A DNA stretch of 64,000 bases from Oscillospiraceae bacterium (GTDB lineage Bacteria; Bacillota; Clostridia; Oscillospirales; Ruminococcaceae): contig JBJEQN010000103.1 in NCBI GenBank assembly GCA_051881775.1, forward strand, positions 14,604 to 78,603, given 5' to 3'. Of the stretch, positions 44,690 to 55,440 are shown in pieces. Each line of letters begins with the position of its first letter. Position 1 is the first letter of the stretch. The translations under genes and the position numbers were made by a program. The notes under the pieces were generated by a model. It was not told the origin of the DNA and searched no databases. It was given only the letters and a program-made list of their open reading frames with translations.

Positions 44690-45048
44690 AATAAAAACTC
44701 CTTCCGTGTTCCGAACCGCTGAGAAAAATATTATTCGTCAGCTTTATTTCTGATATACATTTTCCCTTTTTTGAACGGAACTATTCAAATATAACGATTT
44801 TTATTATAAAAATGTTAAAAGTGTAAAATCCTCTTCCGTTTGCTATCGGATTGTGGTATAATAATACAGAAAGAGAAAAAATTTTATCGGAGAACACGAA
44901 GATATGTGTTTTCAGGCATAATTGCATATTTGGTATTTGGCAGTAAAGCAGGAAAAGCTGATGCTGCGTTTGTGTGATTATGCAGCGGCATCTGCGGCGG
45001 TTCAAACAATAATATTACAGTATACCGCAGATTTTTATGGAGGTTTTT

Positions 45049-47430
45049 ATGGGTATCAGTCAGGAGTTTTTAACTGCAAAAAGAGCGGCAATGGATATGT
45101 ATTTTTCAGGGCTTAACGATATGCAGAAGAAAGCCGTATTCACCGTGAACGGACCGGTTCTTGTACTTGCCGGTGCAGGAAGCGGAAAAACGTCGGTTCT
45201 CGTTAACCGAATTGCAAATATGATAAATTTCGGAAACGCATATGCAGATGAAAATTGTCACGCAGGCGTTTCCGAGGACGATATAAATTTTCTTAACGGA
45301 TATAAGGGGGAAAAGGACGAAGCAGCGGTTTCAAGGCTTAAAGATATAATTGCAGTCGATAGGGTAGAACCGTGGAGGATAATGGCTATCACCTTTACCA
45401 ATAAGGCTGCAGGGGAATTAAAGGAACGACTTGCCGCAATGCTTGGAGATTGCGCAGCAGAAATTACGGCTGCTACCTTCCATTCAATGTGCGTAAGGGT
45501 CTTAAGAAGGGAAATAAGCAAGCTTGGCTACAGCAGCGATTTCACCATTTATGACAGTGACGACAGCCAGCGGCTTCTCAAGTCCTGCTATGAACCCCTT
45601 GACCTTTCCGACAAGGCTTTTCCGCCCAAGTCCGTTATGGCGGAAATATCCCATGCGAAAGACAGACTTGAAGACCCTGAGGTATACGAAGCAAAAGCGG
45701 CAGGAGATTACCGCAAGCTGGGAATAGCAAAGCTTTATAAAGCGTACCAGAGCCGTCTGCAGGCTGCCAACGCCGTGGATTTTGACGATATAATCAGACT
45801 TACCGTTAAGCTGTTTGAGCAGGACCCCGACGTTCTCGACCATTACAGCAACCGTTACAGATATATTATGGTAGACGAGTATCAGGACACTAATTTTGCC
45901 CAGCTCAGACTTGTTACGCTTCTTTCGGCAAAATTCAGAAACATATGCGTTGTAGGCGACGATGACCAGTCCATTTACAAATTCAGAGGAGCAACTATTG
46001 AAAATATCCTTGAATTTGAGGAACAGTTTGACCCTGCGACAGTTATCAAGCTTGAACAGAATTACCGTTCAACGCAGAACATTCTTAACGCCGCAAACGC
46101 CGTTATTTCCAACAATACCAACAGAAATGAAAAAAGATTATGGACAGATTCGGGCGACGGAGAAAAAGTCACCGTTTACAAGGCTTCGGACGAATCAGCC
46201 GAGTCACATTTTGTTGCCGAAACAATACTTAAAGGCGTGGAAGAGGGCGAAAGCTACAAGGATTATGCTGTGCTGTACAGAATGAATGCGCAGTCAAACA
46301 GCCTTGAACGTGCGTTTACGTCAAGCGGAATCCCATACCGTGTAATAGGCGGTCAGCGCTTCTACGACAGAAAAGAGATCAGGGATATGGTAGCTTATCT
46401 TTCCGTTCTCAACAACGATATGGATATGCTCCGCTTCAAGAGGATAATCAACGAGCCTAAAAGGGGAATAGGCGACACCACAGTTTCAATGATAGAGCAG
46501 ATGTCCTCCGACCTTAAAATTTCTCCTATAGAAATAATGAAAAACGCAGAAAACTATCCCATACTTTCCAAGAAGTCCGCTTCCCTTGTAAAAACTGCGG
46601 ATATGTTCATTGAACTGCGTAAGCTGTCCGAAACTGCGCCCCTTGACGAGCTGCTTGATACCCTTCTTGAAAAAACAGGCTATGCCGCATATATGAAAAC
46701 TCTCGGAGACGAGGGTGCCGCAAGAATGGAGAATATCAACGAACTGAAATCCACTATGGCGGAGTATATGAACAGCAAGGCTGAGGGCGAGGAATACAGC
46801 CTGTCAGAATTTTTGGAGGAGATCTCTCTCTTTACCGATATTGACAAGATGGATGACAGCGCCGACGCAGTAAATATGATGACGATACACTCCGCAAAGG
46901 GTCTTGAGTTCAACAATATTTTCATAATCGGCATGGAAGAGGGAATTTTCCCCGGCGTAAGAAGTATGGATTCCGTTGAGGATCTTGAAGAAGAACGCCG
47001 CCTTGCATATGTTGCCATAACCCGTGCAAGGAAGAAGCTGTATATAACCCATGCCCAGCAGAGAATGTTGTTCGGTTCAACCAACCGCAACCTTGTTTCA
47101 CGCTTTGTAAAGGAAATTCCGCCCGAATATATCAACAGGATAGACAGTACCGTAAATGTCCGCAAGGCTACTGAGGACGATGTTATTATCCAGAACACTT
47201 CAAAGGCGTACACGCTGCAAAGTCAGATCGCAAACAAGAAGATCGAGCAGGCTAAAAAGAGCCGCAGCGTTGAATTTGAAGTGGGCGACAGGGTAAAGCA
47301 TAACATTTTCGGCGAGGGAACGGTTCTTTCCGTAAAGAAAATGTCAAACGACGCAATGCTTGAAATTGCCTTTGAAAAGGTCGGAACCAAAAAGGTAATG
47401 GCTAACTTCGCAAAGATACAGAAGATATAA
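45049..47430 (+). CDS. pcrA: ATP-dependent DNA helicase PcrA (UvrD/Rep family)
   Basis: Helicase motifs (AGAGSGKT, DEYQDTN, YRS, GxxxxVxTxHxxKGLEF). ATG 45049 has GGAGG 5 nt upstream. Confidence 0.95.
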   Translation: MGISQEFLTAKRAAMDMYFSGLNDMQKKAVFTVNGPVLVLAGAGSGKTSVLVNRIANMINFGNAYADENCHAGVSEDDINFLNGYKGEKDEAAVSRLKDIIAVDRVEPWRIMAITFTNKAAGELKERLAAMLGDCAAEITAATFHSMCVRVLRREISKLGYSSDFTIYDSDDSQRLLKSCYEPLDLSDKAFPPKSVMAEISHAKDRLEDPEVYEAKAAGDYRKLGIAKLYKAYQSRLQAANAVDFDDIIRLTVKLFEQDPDVLDHYSNRYRYIMVDEYQDTNFAQLRLVTLLSAKFRNICVVGDDDQSIYKFRGATIENILEFEEQFDPATVIKLEQNYRSTQNILNAANAVISNNTNRNEKRLWTDSGDGEKVTVYKASDESAESHFVAETILKGVEEGESYKDYAVLYRMNAQSNSLERAFTSSGIPYRVIGGQRFYDRKEIRDMVAYLSVLNNDMDMLRFKRIINEPKRGIGDTTVSMIEQMSSDLKISPIEIMKNAENYPILSKKSASLVKTADMFIELRKLSETAPLDELLDTLLEKTGYAAYMKTLGDEGAARMENINELKSTMAEYMNSKAEGEEYSLSEFLEEISLFTDIDKMDDSADAVNMMTIHSAKGLEFNNIFIIGMEEGIFPGVRSMDSVEDLEEERRLAYVAITRARKKLYITHAQQRMLFGSTNRNLVSRFVKEIPPEYINRIDSTVNVRKATEDDVIIQNTSKAYTLQSQIANKKIEQAKKSRSVEFEVGDRVKHNIFGEGTVLSVKKMSNDAMLEIAFEKVGTKKVMANFAKIQKI

Positions 47431-47434
47431 TTAA

Positions 47435-47468
47435 ACCGGCTGTAACGTTAATTGGTGTTACAGCCGGT
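47435..47468. terminator. bidirectional terminator between convergent genes
   Basis: 12-bp stem ACCGGCTGTAAC / GTTACAGCCGGT. Confidence 0.75.
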
Positions 47469-47474
47469 CGTTAT

Positions 47475-48770
47475 TTATGCTTTTGTTTTTTTGACAATGT
47501 TTTGTTCGGGGAAAATATTTCTCCGCCTGTAAACAGACATGAAGATCCCCGTCAAAGCCGCTCCCACAGCCATATTTGCAGGATTATTTGTGAGAAACGG
47601 TACGGTCACATAGGATTCGTAGCTTGTGCTTATTCCGTAATTTGCAAGAATGTAGCATACCGTCTGGAATACGAATACCGCAGATATAGAAACTGCCGTT
47701 ATTCGTCCGAATGGGTTTTTTACTCTTGATGAAAGGATAAGCATTATCATCGGAAAAGCAGTTATTATAAGAGTAACGGCAATTCCTGCGATCAAGCCTA
47801 AGTCGGCTATGACCGCCGTAAGAAGATGTGCGTCTGCGGAACTGCTGAGTTGAGAATAATCGGTTCCGCTTGAACCGAAAAGCTGCGTGTGCGACAGTAT
47901 TTCTCTTATGTAATCCCGTTCAAAGTGCAGACCGTATTCTTCTGACGCACGAAATAGTTTTACCCATATGATGCCTGCCGCTCCCAATGCCGCAGGGATA
48001 TACATAAACAGATAAGCCGTCCGCTTTTTCAGCTTGAACCAGCCTGCCGACACAGCTGTTGTCATTATAACAAGGGCGGTTATCCCAGACATTACAGCTC
48101 CCGAAATGCAGGGCGCATATATGTTGATAAATACGGGCGGAACGACCAGCGCAAAACAGGCGAGCACAAAGCCTTTGAACCCCTTGCCTTTCATCGAGTA
48201 CACAAATCCGCACATAAGCGGTGCATAAAGCATTGTTCCGTAGAACACAAACCGCCGTGACATTTCTCTGTCAAATATCAGCTTCATTCCAACGAATAAA
48301 ACTGCGCTGAAAATTACATAAGCCGTCTTGGGGATACGGGTGAAAACCGTGTAGTCCATAAAGTAAAACAGCAAGGTAACTGCTGCTGCGATGGGTATGC
48401 ACATAAGATATTTTTGTGCGGAATCCAAGGGTATACCTGCGCTTATGCTCATGTTGAAATAAGAAAAGTTATTGCGTTTTGTCAGAAGCGCATAGATAAT
48501 GAAGCCTGCCGCAAGAAACAAGGCTATAAAAAGCAGCATTGCCAGCGGATGATCGGGACGGTGAACACGGTCAAGCTGTATTCCCGTTTCATCGGGGCTG
48601 CCCATAGATTCAACTGCCTTTTCTTCCGCTTCACTTTCTGTCATTCCCGAGGCAATGTAAGCCTCGGTCTGTTCGTCAATATGAGCTTCAAGCTCACGTT
48701 TAAGCGGCTCGTGTACCCCTTTGCACCGTACCTGTTCAAGTACGGAATCAATGTACTCGGCTTTTTTCAT
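47475..48770 (-). CDS. PadR-associated polytopic membrane protein (helical permease-prefix N-terminal domain)
   Basis: MKKAEYIDSVLEQV...HIDEQTEAYIASGMTESEAEEKAVESMGSPDE, followed by many TM helices. There is a 4-nt overlap with the padR stop. Confidence 0.6.
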   Translation of the reverse strand: MKKAEYIDSVLEQVRCKGVHEPLKRELEAHIDEQTEAYIASGMTESEAEEKAVESMGSPDETGIQLDRVHRPDHPLAMLLFIALFLAAGFIIYALLTKRNNFSYFNMSISAGIPLDSAQKYLMCIPIAAAVTLLFYFMDYTVFTRIPKTAYVIFSAVLFVGMKLIFDREMSRRFVFYGTMLYAPLMCGFVYSMKGKGFKGFVLACFALVVPPVFINIYAPCISGAVMSGITALVIMTTAVSAGWFKLKKRTAYLFMYIPAALGAAGIIWVKLFRASEEYGLHFERDYIREILSHTQLFGSSGTDYSQLSSSADAHLLTAVIADLGLIAGIAVTLIITAFPMIMLILSSRVKNPFGRITAVSISAVFVFQTVCYILANYGISTSYESYVTVPFLTNNPANMAVGAALTGIFMSVYRRRNIFPEQNIVKKTKA

Positions 48771-49099
48771 TTTAACCCCTCCAATACCTTGTTTACTGCG
48801 CCGCTGAAAACCTCCCACTCGGCACGTTTTTGCGACAGCACGTTTTTACCGTCATCGGTTATAGTGTAATATTTACGGATACGTCCGTTTTCCGCTTCCG
48901 ATTCGCTTGAAGTAACATAACCCGATTGTTCAAGGGAATGGAGCAGGGGATAAAGAGTTCCTGCTTTCAGCGAAAAAGTGTTGTCGGAGCGCTTTTCCAG
49001 CGTTTCTATCATTTCATACCCGTACATTGCCTTTTCGTCAAGAAGCCGCAGGATAAGCATACCCGTTGAACCCGTTAAAAGTGACTTGTCGATTTTCAT
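48767..49099 (-). CDS. PadR family transcriptional regulator
   Basis: MLILRLLDEKAMYGYEMIETL...GTLYPLLHSLEQSGYV is a canonical PadR winged helix. Confidence 0.9.
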   Translation of the reverse strand: MKIDKSLLTGSTGMLILRLLDEKAMYGYEMIETLEKRSDNTFSLKAGTLYPLLHSLEQSGYVTSSESEAENGRIRKYYTITDDGKNVLSQKRAEWEVFSGAVNKVLEGLK

Positions 49100-49169
49100 A
49101 ACATCACCGCCTATATGTAGATTATCTATATATCATTATATATCGAACATCTATATATGTCAATAGTAT

Positions 49170-49220
49170 TAAGCAAAAAAAATCAGCCTTATACAAAACA
49201 AAATTTGCATAAGGCTTGAT
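49170..49220 (-). terminator. terminator after the aro cluster and the DUF4364-like gene
   Basis: Hairpin TCAGCCTTAT / ATAAGGCTTGA, followed on the minus strand by a T8 run. Confidence 0.7.
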
Positions 49221-49787
49221 TTAATCATAAATATCAATATCAAACTGCTCTTCCTGATTATTAAGAACGTAAGTTATGACCTTGTTGTAAAATCCCACAG
49301 GGTCAAGCATTATCTTGTCCTTTATGACCTCCGCCTGTTCACGGTCGGGAGCGTAAAGCCGCAGGTCCATAAGTTCAAGATCCCTGTCCCTTATAACGCA
49401 CTCTACTTCGCAGCCGTTCTTTACATCACTTATCTTAATGTCTGCGTCATTTTCACGCTTTATTTTTGCGAAAAATGCAAATGCCGACTGAAGAAGCCGC
49501 TTTCTGAAATGGTATGGTATAAATTCGTTGTAATATTCCGAACTTAGCTTTCCTTTTTCCTCAAGAACGATACATTCCGTTCCGTTTATGTTCTTTTTTG
49601 AAATTGCACCGCTTTTTATAAGGTCGCTGAACGCTTCCGTATAGTGAAAATAGTTTACGACTTCGCTGTCTAAAATTATTTCATAAAGCTGTTCTGCGGT
49701 AACGGGACGGTTCAGCTTGTCGAGCATATAGCAAACGGAAATTTTGACATCGTGTACCGAGGATAATTCTGTTGTAAGATCGTCCAT
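49221..49787 (-). CDS. hypothetical protein, DUF4364-like
   Basis: 188-aa ORF with a winged-helix-like N-terminal half. The family call is from memory and uncertain. Confidence 0.45.
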   Translation of the reverse strand: MDDLTTELSSVHDVKISVCYMLDKLNRPVTAEQLYEIILDSEVVNYFHYTEAFSDLIKSGAISKKNINGTECIVLEEKGKLSSEYYNEFIPYHFRKRLLQSAFAFFAKIKRENDADIKISDVKNGCEVECVIRDRDLELMDLRLYAPDREQAEVIKDKIMLDPVGFYNKVITYVLNNQEEQFDIDIYD

Positions 49788-49802
49788 TAAAAGTTCCTCT
49801 TA

Positions 49803-50903
49803 TTAGAAATTGGGATAGTCCAGCATATGTGAAAGAATAGCGATATTAGCCGCCGCTTCAACGCAGGGTACAGCACGGGGAACAACGCAGGGGTCGTGTC
49901 TGCCCTTTATTTCGATAACGCCGTTTGTCATTGCGCCGTAATCAATTGTGTTCTGCGGCTGTGCGATAGAGGGCGTAGGCTTGAATGCGACCCTGAAAAT
50001 TATAGGCATACCGGAGGAGATACCGCCAAGAATACCGCCGTGGTTGTTGGTCTTTGTTACAACGTGACCTACATCGTTGACATAGAATTCATCGTTGTTC
50101 TGGCTTCCGAGCATAGTTGCTACCTGGAAGCCTGCGCCGAATTCGATTCCCTTTACTGCAGGAATGCCGAAAACAAGCTGAGAAATGCTGTTTTCAAGTC
50201 CCTCAAACATAGGAGAGCCTATTCCTGCGGGAACGTTTGTAACGGCACATTCTACAATACCGCCAAGGCTGTCAAGGGCGTTTCTTGCTTCTGCAATGTC
50301 GTTATACATAGCCTGTCCCTTTTTATCGCTTATGGTGGGGAACTTCTTGTGGCGGAGAGCGATTATCTGCTCTCTTGAAATTTCACAGGGATTGAACTTT
50401 GTGTCCTTGATATTGTGTATCTGCTGGATATGAGTGCCTGTGTAGATGCCTCTTCTTTCAAGTATCTGACCGCAGATAGCGCCTGCAAAGCAAAGGGGAG
50501 CGGTAAGTCTGCCGGAAAAATGTCCGCCGCCTCTTACATCGTTGAAGCCCTTGTATCTGAGCGCACCTGTGTAGTCCGCATGACCGGGACGGGCAAGCTT
50601 GGATATGTTGTTGTAATCCTGTGAATGCTGGTCGGTGTTGCTGATAAAAGCGGCAAGGGGAGTGCCTGTGGTGTAGCCGTTGTAAACACCCGACATAATG
50701 TTAGGCATATCCTTTTCGTTTCTGTGAGTTGAGGTCGCGTCTTTTTTGGGAGCGCGCCTTTCCATAAAGCAGCGAAGCTCCTCAAGGTCGATGTGTTCTC
50801 CGGGAGGAAGGTTGTCTATCACAACTCCGATAGCCGGACCGTGAGATTCTCCGAAGATAGATACTGTGATATTGTGGTTCCAGAATGAAGACATTTTTTC
50901 CAT
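49803..50903 (-). CDS. aroC: chorismate synthase
   Basis: GESHGPAIG, RPGHADY and GRHDPCV signatures. Confidence 0.97.
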   Translation of the reverse strand: MEKMSSFWNHNITVSIFGESHGPAIGVVIDNLPPGEHIDLEELRCFMERRAPKKDATSTHRNEKDMPNIMSGVYNGYTTGTPLAAFISNTDQHSQDYNNISKLARPGHADYTGALRYKGFNDVRGGGHFSGRLTAPLCFAGAICGQILERRGIYTGTHIQQIHNIKDTKFNPCEISREQIIALRHKKFPTISDKKGQAMYNDIAEARNALDSLGGIVECAVTNVPAGIGSPMFEGLENSISQLVFGIPAVKGIEFGAGFQVATMLGSQNNDEFYVNDVGHVVTKTNNHGGILGGISSGMPIIFRVAFKPTPSIAQPQNTIDYGAMTNGVIEIKGRHDPCVVPRAVPCVEAAANIAILSHMLDYPNF

Positions 50904-50941
50904 TTCAGTCCTTTCAGTAAATAAGGGGCGTTTGATATTTA

Positions 50942-52204
50942 CTATTCAAAAAATTCAAAATTTCCGCCAAGGGCTTTAAGATCCTTCCAAAAATCAGGAT
51001 AGCTTTTTGAAACTGCTTCACAATCGGAGATCGTAATTATTCCCTCGGACATTGTAGAAGCAATTGCGGAAGCCATAACTATCCTGTGGTCGTTGCAGCC
51101 GTTTACCGAACCGCCACGGAAATGTTCAACAGGTTCAATTTCAAGGTAATCGTCACCTGCTGTGACCTTTCCGCCTATTGCATTCATAGCGTCGGCAATA
51201 GCTTTAAGACGGTCGCTTTCCTTGATCTTAAGCCTTTTTGCGTTGACAATGCGGCTTGTACCCGATGTAAAGCAGCCGAGAACGGTCAGGATCGGCACAA
51301 GGTCGGGAATATCGGCTACATCCACCGTAAACGGCTCATAATTTCCGCATACTCTATTATTATACTTCATATTTTGGATAATTTCAAGGATTTTTTTATC
51401 GCCCTGCACAGAATCTTCATTTAAGTTGGTAACAAGAAGCTCCGAACCAAGAGCTTCTGCGGCAAAATAGAACGCCGCCTGAGAATAATCTCCCTCAACG
51501 GAACGATCGGCAGGCTTGTATTTCTGATTACCCTTGATATTGTAAATAGGGAAGCCCTCCTTGCCAACGGTTTCCTCTATTTCAATGCCAAACTGCTTTA
51601 AAGCGGCTATAGTCATATCCGCATATGGCTTGGATTCCAGCTTTGAGGTAAGTATTACCGAGCTGTCACAGCCGCATAAGGGCAGCGCATAAAGCAGACC
51701 TGTGATAAACTGGGAGGAAATGTCTCCTTCAAGCCTGTATTCACCGCCGGTCAGCCTGCCCGATACAGAAAACGGCATAACGCCCTCTGTGTGGTCAAAG
51801 GTCACTCCCTTTGCGGACATTTCACGCTTGTAAGGAGTAATAGGTCTTGTGGGCAGCTTTCCGTAGCCGTTAAATTCCGTCTCACAGCCGAGAGCGGCGG
51901 CAACGGGTATAATAAAACGCAGCGTTGAACCGCTTTCACGGCAGTTTATGACCGCTTTTTCCGCAGGCTTGCTTATGCCCTTAACGGTATAAACATTTCC
52001 GTCACACGCTATTTTTGCACCGAGAGCAGTCATTGCTTCAACGGTAGCGTCAATATCCTCCGACGGGTTAATGTTGCTTATTTCCGATACACCGTCTGCA
52101 AGAGCTGCGGCAATTATCATTCTGTGGGAAAAGCTTTTGGAGGACGGCGCAGCCACCTTTCCAATCAGCTTTGAGGGCGTAATTTTTACGTTCATCAGGC
52201 TCAT
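50942..52204 (-). CDS. aroA: 3-phosphoshikimate 1-carboxyvinyltransferase (EPSP synthase)
   Basis: PSSKSFSHR, GSTLRF and DHRIVMA signatures; 420 aa. Confidence 0.97.
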   Translation of the reverse strand: MSLMNVKITPSKLIGKVAAPSSKSFSHRMIIAAALADGVSEISNINPSEDIDATVEAMTALGAKIACDGNVYTVKGISKPAEKAVINCRESGSTLRFIIPVAAALGCETEFNGYGKLPTRPITPYKREMSAKGVTFDHTEGVMPFSVSGRLTGGEYRLEGDISSQFITGLLYALPLCGCDSSVILTSKLESKPYADMTIAALKQFGIEIEETVGKEGFPIYNIKGNQKYKPADRSVEGDYSQAAFYFAAEALGSELLVTNLNEDSVQGDKKILEIIQNMKYNNRVCGNYEPFTVDVADIPDLVPILTVLGCFTSGTSRIVNAKRLKIKESDRLKAIADAMNAIGGKVTAGDDYLEIEPVEHFRGGSVNGCNDHRIVMASAIASTMSEGIITISDCEAVSKSYPDFWKDLKALGGNFEFFE

Positions 52205-52210
52205 CCTTTT

Positions 52211-53275
52211 TTATTCATTAAGAAATTTAAGAAATCCGTCTACAGGCATCTTTACTGCGGCTGATTTTCCGACATCGCTGCATATAATAACGCTTATGCT
52301 GCCGCCGGAACGCTTTTTGTCGTTCAGACACGCTTCGCCAAGCTCGGGAACTTCAGGCTCTACCTGTACGTTCAGCTTGTATCGCTCAAGACAGCTTACA
52401 AGCCGCTCGCACAGACCGCTTTCCGCCATGCCCTTTTTTTCGGCAAGACCGGTTATCATTCTCATTCCTGCGGCTACAGCCTTTCCGTGGGTAATGCCGG
52501 TGTAGTTGTAATACTGCTCTATGGAATGAGCAAGAGTGTGTCCGAAGTTAAGGAGCATTCTCTCGCCCTTGTCAAATTCGTCCGCTTCAACAACGTCTCT
52601 TTTGATTGATACACACTGTTCTATAACGTTGTCTGCAATTTCCTTTATGTTGTCCAGCGTCCTTGTTTCAAGAAGCTCGAAAAGGGGAGCGGACTTTATC
52701 ATTCCGTACTTTACGACTTCTCCCATTCCGTCAATAAGGAATTCCTCGGGCAGAGTGTCAAGAGTGTCCGTGTCGCAAAGAACTAACTTCGGCTGCTTGA
52801 ATGCGCCAACAAGGTTTTTGCCTTCGGGAAGGTCGATAGCAGTTTTTCCGCCCACCGATGAATCCACCTGAGCAAGCAGGGTAGTGGGTATCTGCACAAA
52901 ATCCATTCCTCTTAAAAACGTTGCCGCAGCATATCCCGTAATATCGCCCACAACGCCGCCGCCGAGAGCCACAAGGCAGTCTGCACGGGAAATGTGGTTC
53001 TGACAAAGAAAGCTGTAAATTTTCAGCAGCGTATCCGAGCATTTTGAAGCCTCGCCGTGGGGGAAAACGAACTTGCATACGTTAAATCCTGCCGCCAACA
53101 GACTGCCGCAGACCTTTTCGCCGTAAAGTGAATCTACGGTATCATCGGTTATAACGGCAAAATTCTGCGCCTTGGTGACTTCCTTTATATAGTCTGCGGA
53201 ACTGCCTATAAGACCGTCTCCGATGATTATTTCATACTGCCCTGAGGCTTTTACCTTTATCCTTTTGTATTCCAT
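52211..53275 (-). CDS. aroB: 3-dehydroquinate synthase
   Basis: GGGVVGD, LNFGHTLAH and HGKAVA motifs. Confidence 0.95.
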   Translation of the reverse strand: MEYKRIKVKASGQYEIIIGDGLIGSSADYIKEVTKAQNFAVITDDTVDSLYGEKVCGSLLAAGFNVCKFVFPHGEASKCSDTLLKIYSFLCQNHISRADCLVALGGGVVGDITGYAAATFLRGMDFVQIPTTLLAQVDSSVGGKTAIDLPEGKNLVGAFKQPKLVLCDTDTLDTLPEEFLIDGMGEVVKYGMIKSAPLFELLETRTLDNIKEIADNVIEQCVSIKRDVVEADEFDKGERMLLNFGHTLAHSIEQYYNYTGITHGKAVAAGMRMITGLAEKKGMAESGLCERLVSCLERYKLNVQVEPEVPELGEACLNDKKRSGGSISVIICSDVGKSAAVKMPVDGFLKFLNE

Positions 53276-53290
53276 AACAGCACTCTCCGT

Positions 53291-54304
53291 TTAGCCTATT
53301 GTTCTGCCGAAATAGCCGCAGAGACCCTTTATCTTTTCCATGATCTCCTTAAACATAGCAGGGGTAAGCTGCTGACCGCCGTCGGAAAGAGCGCACTTGG
53401 GGTCGTTGTGTACTTCAATTTCAAGAGCGTCCGTGCCTGCCGCAATTGCCGCAAGGGACATAGGCTCGATAAGTGAGATCATACCTGTTGCGTGAGAGGG
53501 GTCTGCGCATACGGGAAGGTGTGATTTCTGCTTAAGAAGGGGAATTGCGGAAACATCGAAGGTGTTTCTTGTCATTGTTTCAAAGGTGCGTATGCCTCTT
53601 TCGCAAAGAATAACGTTAGCATTTCCCTCGGACATAATATATTCGGCTGACATAAGGGTCTCTTCAAGTGTGTTTGCAAGACCTCTTTTGAGAAGAACAG
53701 GCTTGTCTACCTTGCCGAGAGCCTTAAGAAGCTCGAAGTTCTGCATATTTCTTGCGCCGACCTGAATAACGTCCACATCTGCAAAAAGGTCAATGTCGGA
53801 CTGGCTCATTATTTCCGTAACAATGGGAAGTCCCGTTTCAGCCTTTGCTTTAAGCAGCAGCTTGATTCCCTCCGCTCTCAGACCCTGGAAAGAGTAGGGT
53901 GAGGTTCTGGGCTTGAATGCGCCGCCTCTGAGCATTGTTGCTCCTGCTTCCTTGCAGGCTATAGCCGTTGTGATTATCTGGCTTTCGCTTTCAACGGAGC
54001 ATGGACCTGCGATTATCTGCAGAGAACCGTCTCCGATCTTAACATTTCCTGCCTGAACAACGGTATCATCGGGGTGAAATTTACGGTTTGCCTTTTTGTA
54101 AGGCTCCTGAACACGCTTTATTTCCTCAACGCAGTCCTGAGCGTAAAGGTTGCTCATATCAACTGCGGAAGTATCGCCTATAAGTCCGATAATGTTCTGA
54201 TTAACGCCTTGGATATGGTTAGTGGAAATGCCCTTTTCTTTGAGTATTTCTTCAAGTCTTGCAATGGATTCCTGCTTGGCGTCCTTTTTTAAGATAATGA
54301 TCAT
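53291..54304 (-). CDS. aroF: 3-deoxy-7-phosphoheptulonate (DAHP) synthase, class I-beta, with an N-terminal ferredoxin-like regulatory domain
   Basis: KDO8P/DAHP-synthase core (GPCSVES, KPRTSPYSFQG, DPSH) preceded by a domain of about 70 aa. Confidence 0.9.
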   Translation of the reverse strand: MIIILKKDAKQESIARLEEILKEKGISTNHIQGVNQNIIGLIGDTSAVDMSNLYAQDCVEEIKRVQEPYKKANRKFHPDDTVVQAGNVKIGDGSLQIIAGPCSVESESQIITTAIACKEAGATMLRGGAFKPRTSPYSFQGLRAEGIKLLLKAKAETGLPIVTEIMSQSDIDLFADVDVIQVGARNMQNFELLKALGKVDKPVLLKRGLANTLEETLMSAEYIMSEGNANVILCERGIRTFETMTRNTFDVSAIPLLKQKSHLPVCADPSHATGMISLIEPMSLAAIAAGTDALEIEVHNDPKCALSDGGQQLTPAMFKEIMEKIKGLCGYFGRTIG

Positions 54305-54342
54305 TTTGGTTCCTCCGAAATAAATTTTTTATATAGAATTGC

Positions 54343-55356
54343 TTATTTTACAAAAGTGCAGTCGGGAAGCTGTTCTTCAAGATATTCCATTGTTTCATCG
54401 TCAACGGAAATGTTCTCCATATACAGCTTTTTTAGCGCCGTAAGAGAAGCGGCAGGTCTTAAATTTGAAACGGGGTTGCTGCCTATCTTCAGCCATTCAA
54501 GCGTTGTAAGAGACATTACAGGTTCAATGGAAGCTATGTTGTTGTTCTGTATATACAGTTCGTTAAGCTCTATCATATTCATTACCGGCGTAATGTCGGA
54601 AATGCTGTTGTTCTGTAAGTGCAGACGTTCCATTGCCGTCATTCCGCTAAGAGCGGTTATGTCGGAGATATTGTTGTCGTTTATCCTCAGCAGCTTAAGA
54701 TTCCTGCACTCCGCAAGAGGAGTAACATCCTTTATCTCATTTTCCGACAGGTCAAGCACCTGCAAATTGATAAGCCCGTCAAGTGGGGAAATGTCACTTA
54801 TCTTATTTGAACGCAGATAAAGGCTTTCCAGTCCCACAAGTCCGGCAATAGGCGTAAGGTCGCTTATCTCATTTTTGAAAAGAGACAGGTTTTTCAGATT
54901 TGTAAGACCTTTAAGAGGGGAAAGGTCGGTTATTTTGTTCTGATATATCTGAAGCTCCGTCAGATTTACCATATATTTAAGCTCTTTGATGTCGTCGTCC
55001 GTAAGGTCCATATTGCTTAACGTAAGGGTGGTAAGGTCGGTGCTGTATTCTGTGCCCTTAATTAATATAGTAGGCGGCAGGTCTGCCATAGCCTTTTCTT
55101 TTTCGGAAACAGCTTCGCTTACCGCAGGATTATCCTTGCCGAGCAGGTAATCCGATTTGTTTCTGAAACTGATATTGGGCATAGTCTGCTCTTTAAGGGA
55201 AGAAACTTCACTTTGCAGAGATTCTATCTGAGACAAAAGCTCTTCTTCGCTCGGCGAGGCTTCTGCGCTTTCTTTATCTCCGAAAAGAGAACAGCCTGAT
55301 AAGGAAAATATTGCGGCGCAGCACAGACAACCCGATATAACTTTCTTGATATCCAT
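54343..55356 (-). CDS. leucine-rich-repeat lipoprotein (internalin-like 22-residue LRRs)
   Basis: Lipobox LSGC followed by about 10 repeats of LxxLxLxxNxIxDIxPLxxL. Confidence 0.8.
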   Translation of the reverse strand: MDIKKVISGCLCCAAIFSLSGCSLFGDKESAEASPSEEELLSQIESLQSEVSSLKEQTMPNISFRNKSDYLLGKDNPAVSEAVSEKEKAMADLPPTILIKGTEYSTDLTTLTLSNMDLTDDDIKELKYMVNLTELQIYQNKITDLSPLKGLTNLKNLSLFKNEISDLTPIAGLVGLESLYLRSNKISDISPLDGLINLQVLDLSENEIKDVTPLAECRNLKLLRINDNNISDITALSGMTAMERLHLQNNSISDITPVMNMIELNELYIQNNNIASIEPVMSLTTLEWLKIGSNPVSNLRPAASLTALKKLYMENISVDDETMEYLEEQLPDCTFVK

Positions 55357-55440
55357 AATAAACCGTCCTTTCCTTTAGTCAAAAATAAAAAAGTCTGTGA
55401 CAATATTTGCCGCAGACAGTAGAACATATTACAAAGTATG

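Noticed and set aside
44990-45036. Hairpin ATCTGCGG...CCGCAGAT followed by TTTTAT, just upstream of the pcrA SD, as a possible attenuator.
   Set aside because: The stem is only 8 bp with a 27-nt loop and a short interrupted T-run. That is too weak to call a terminator or attenuator without data.
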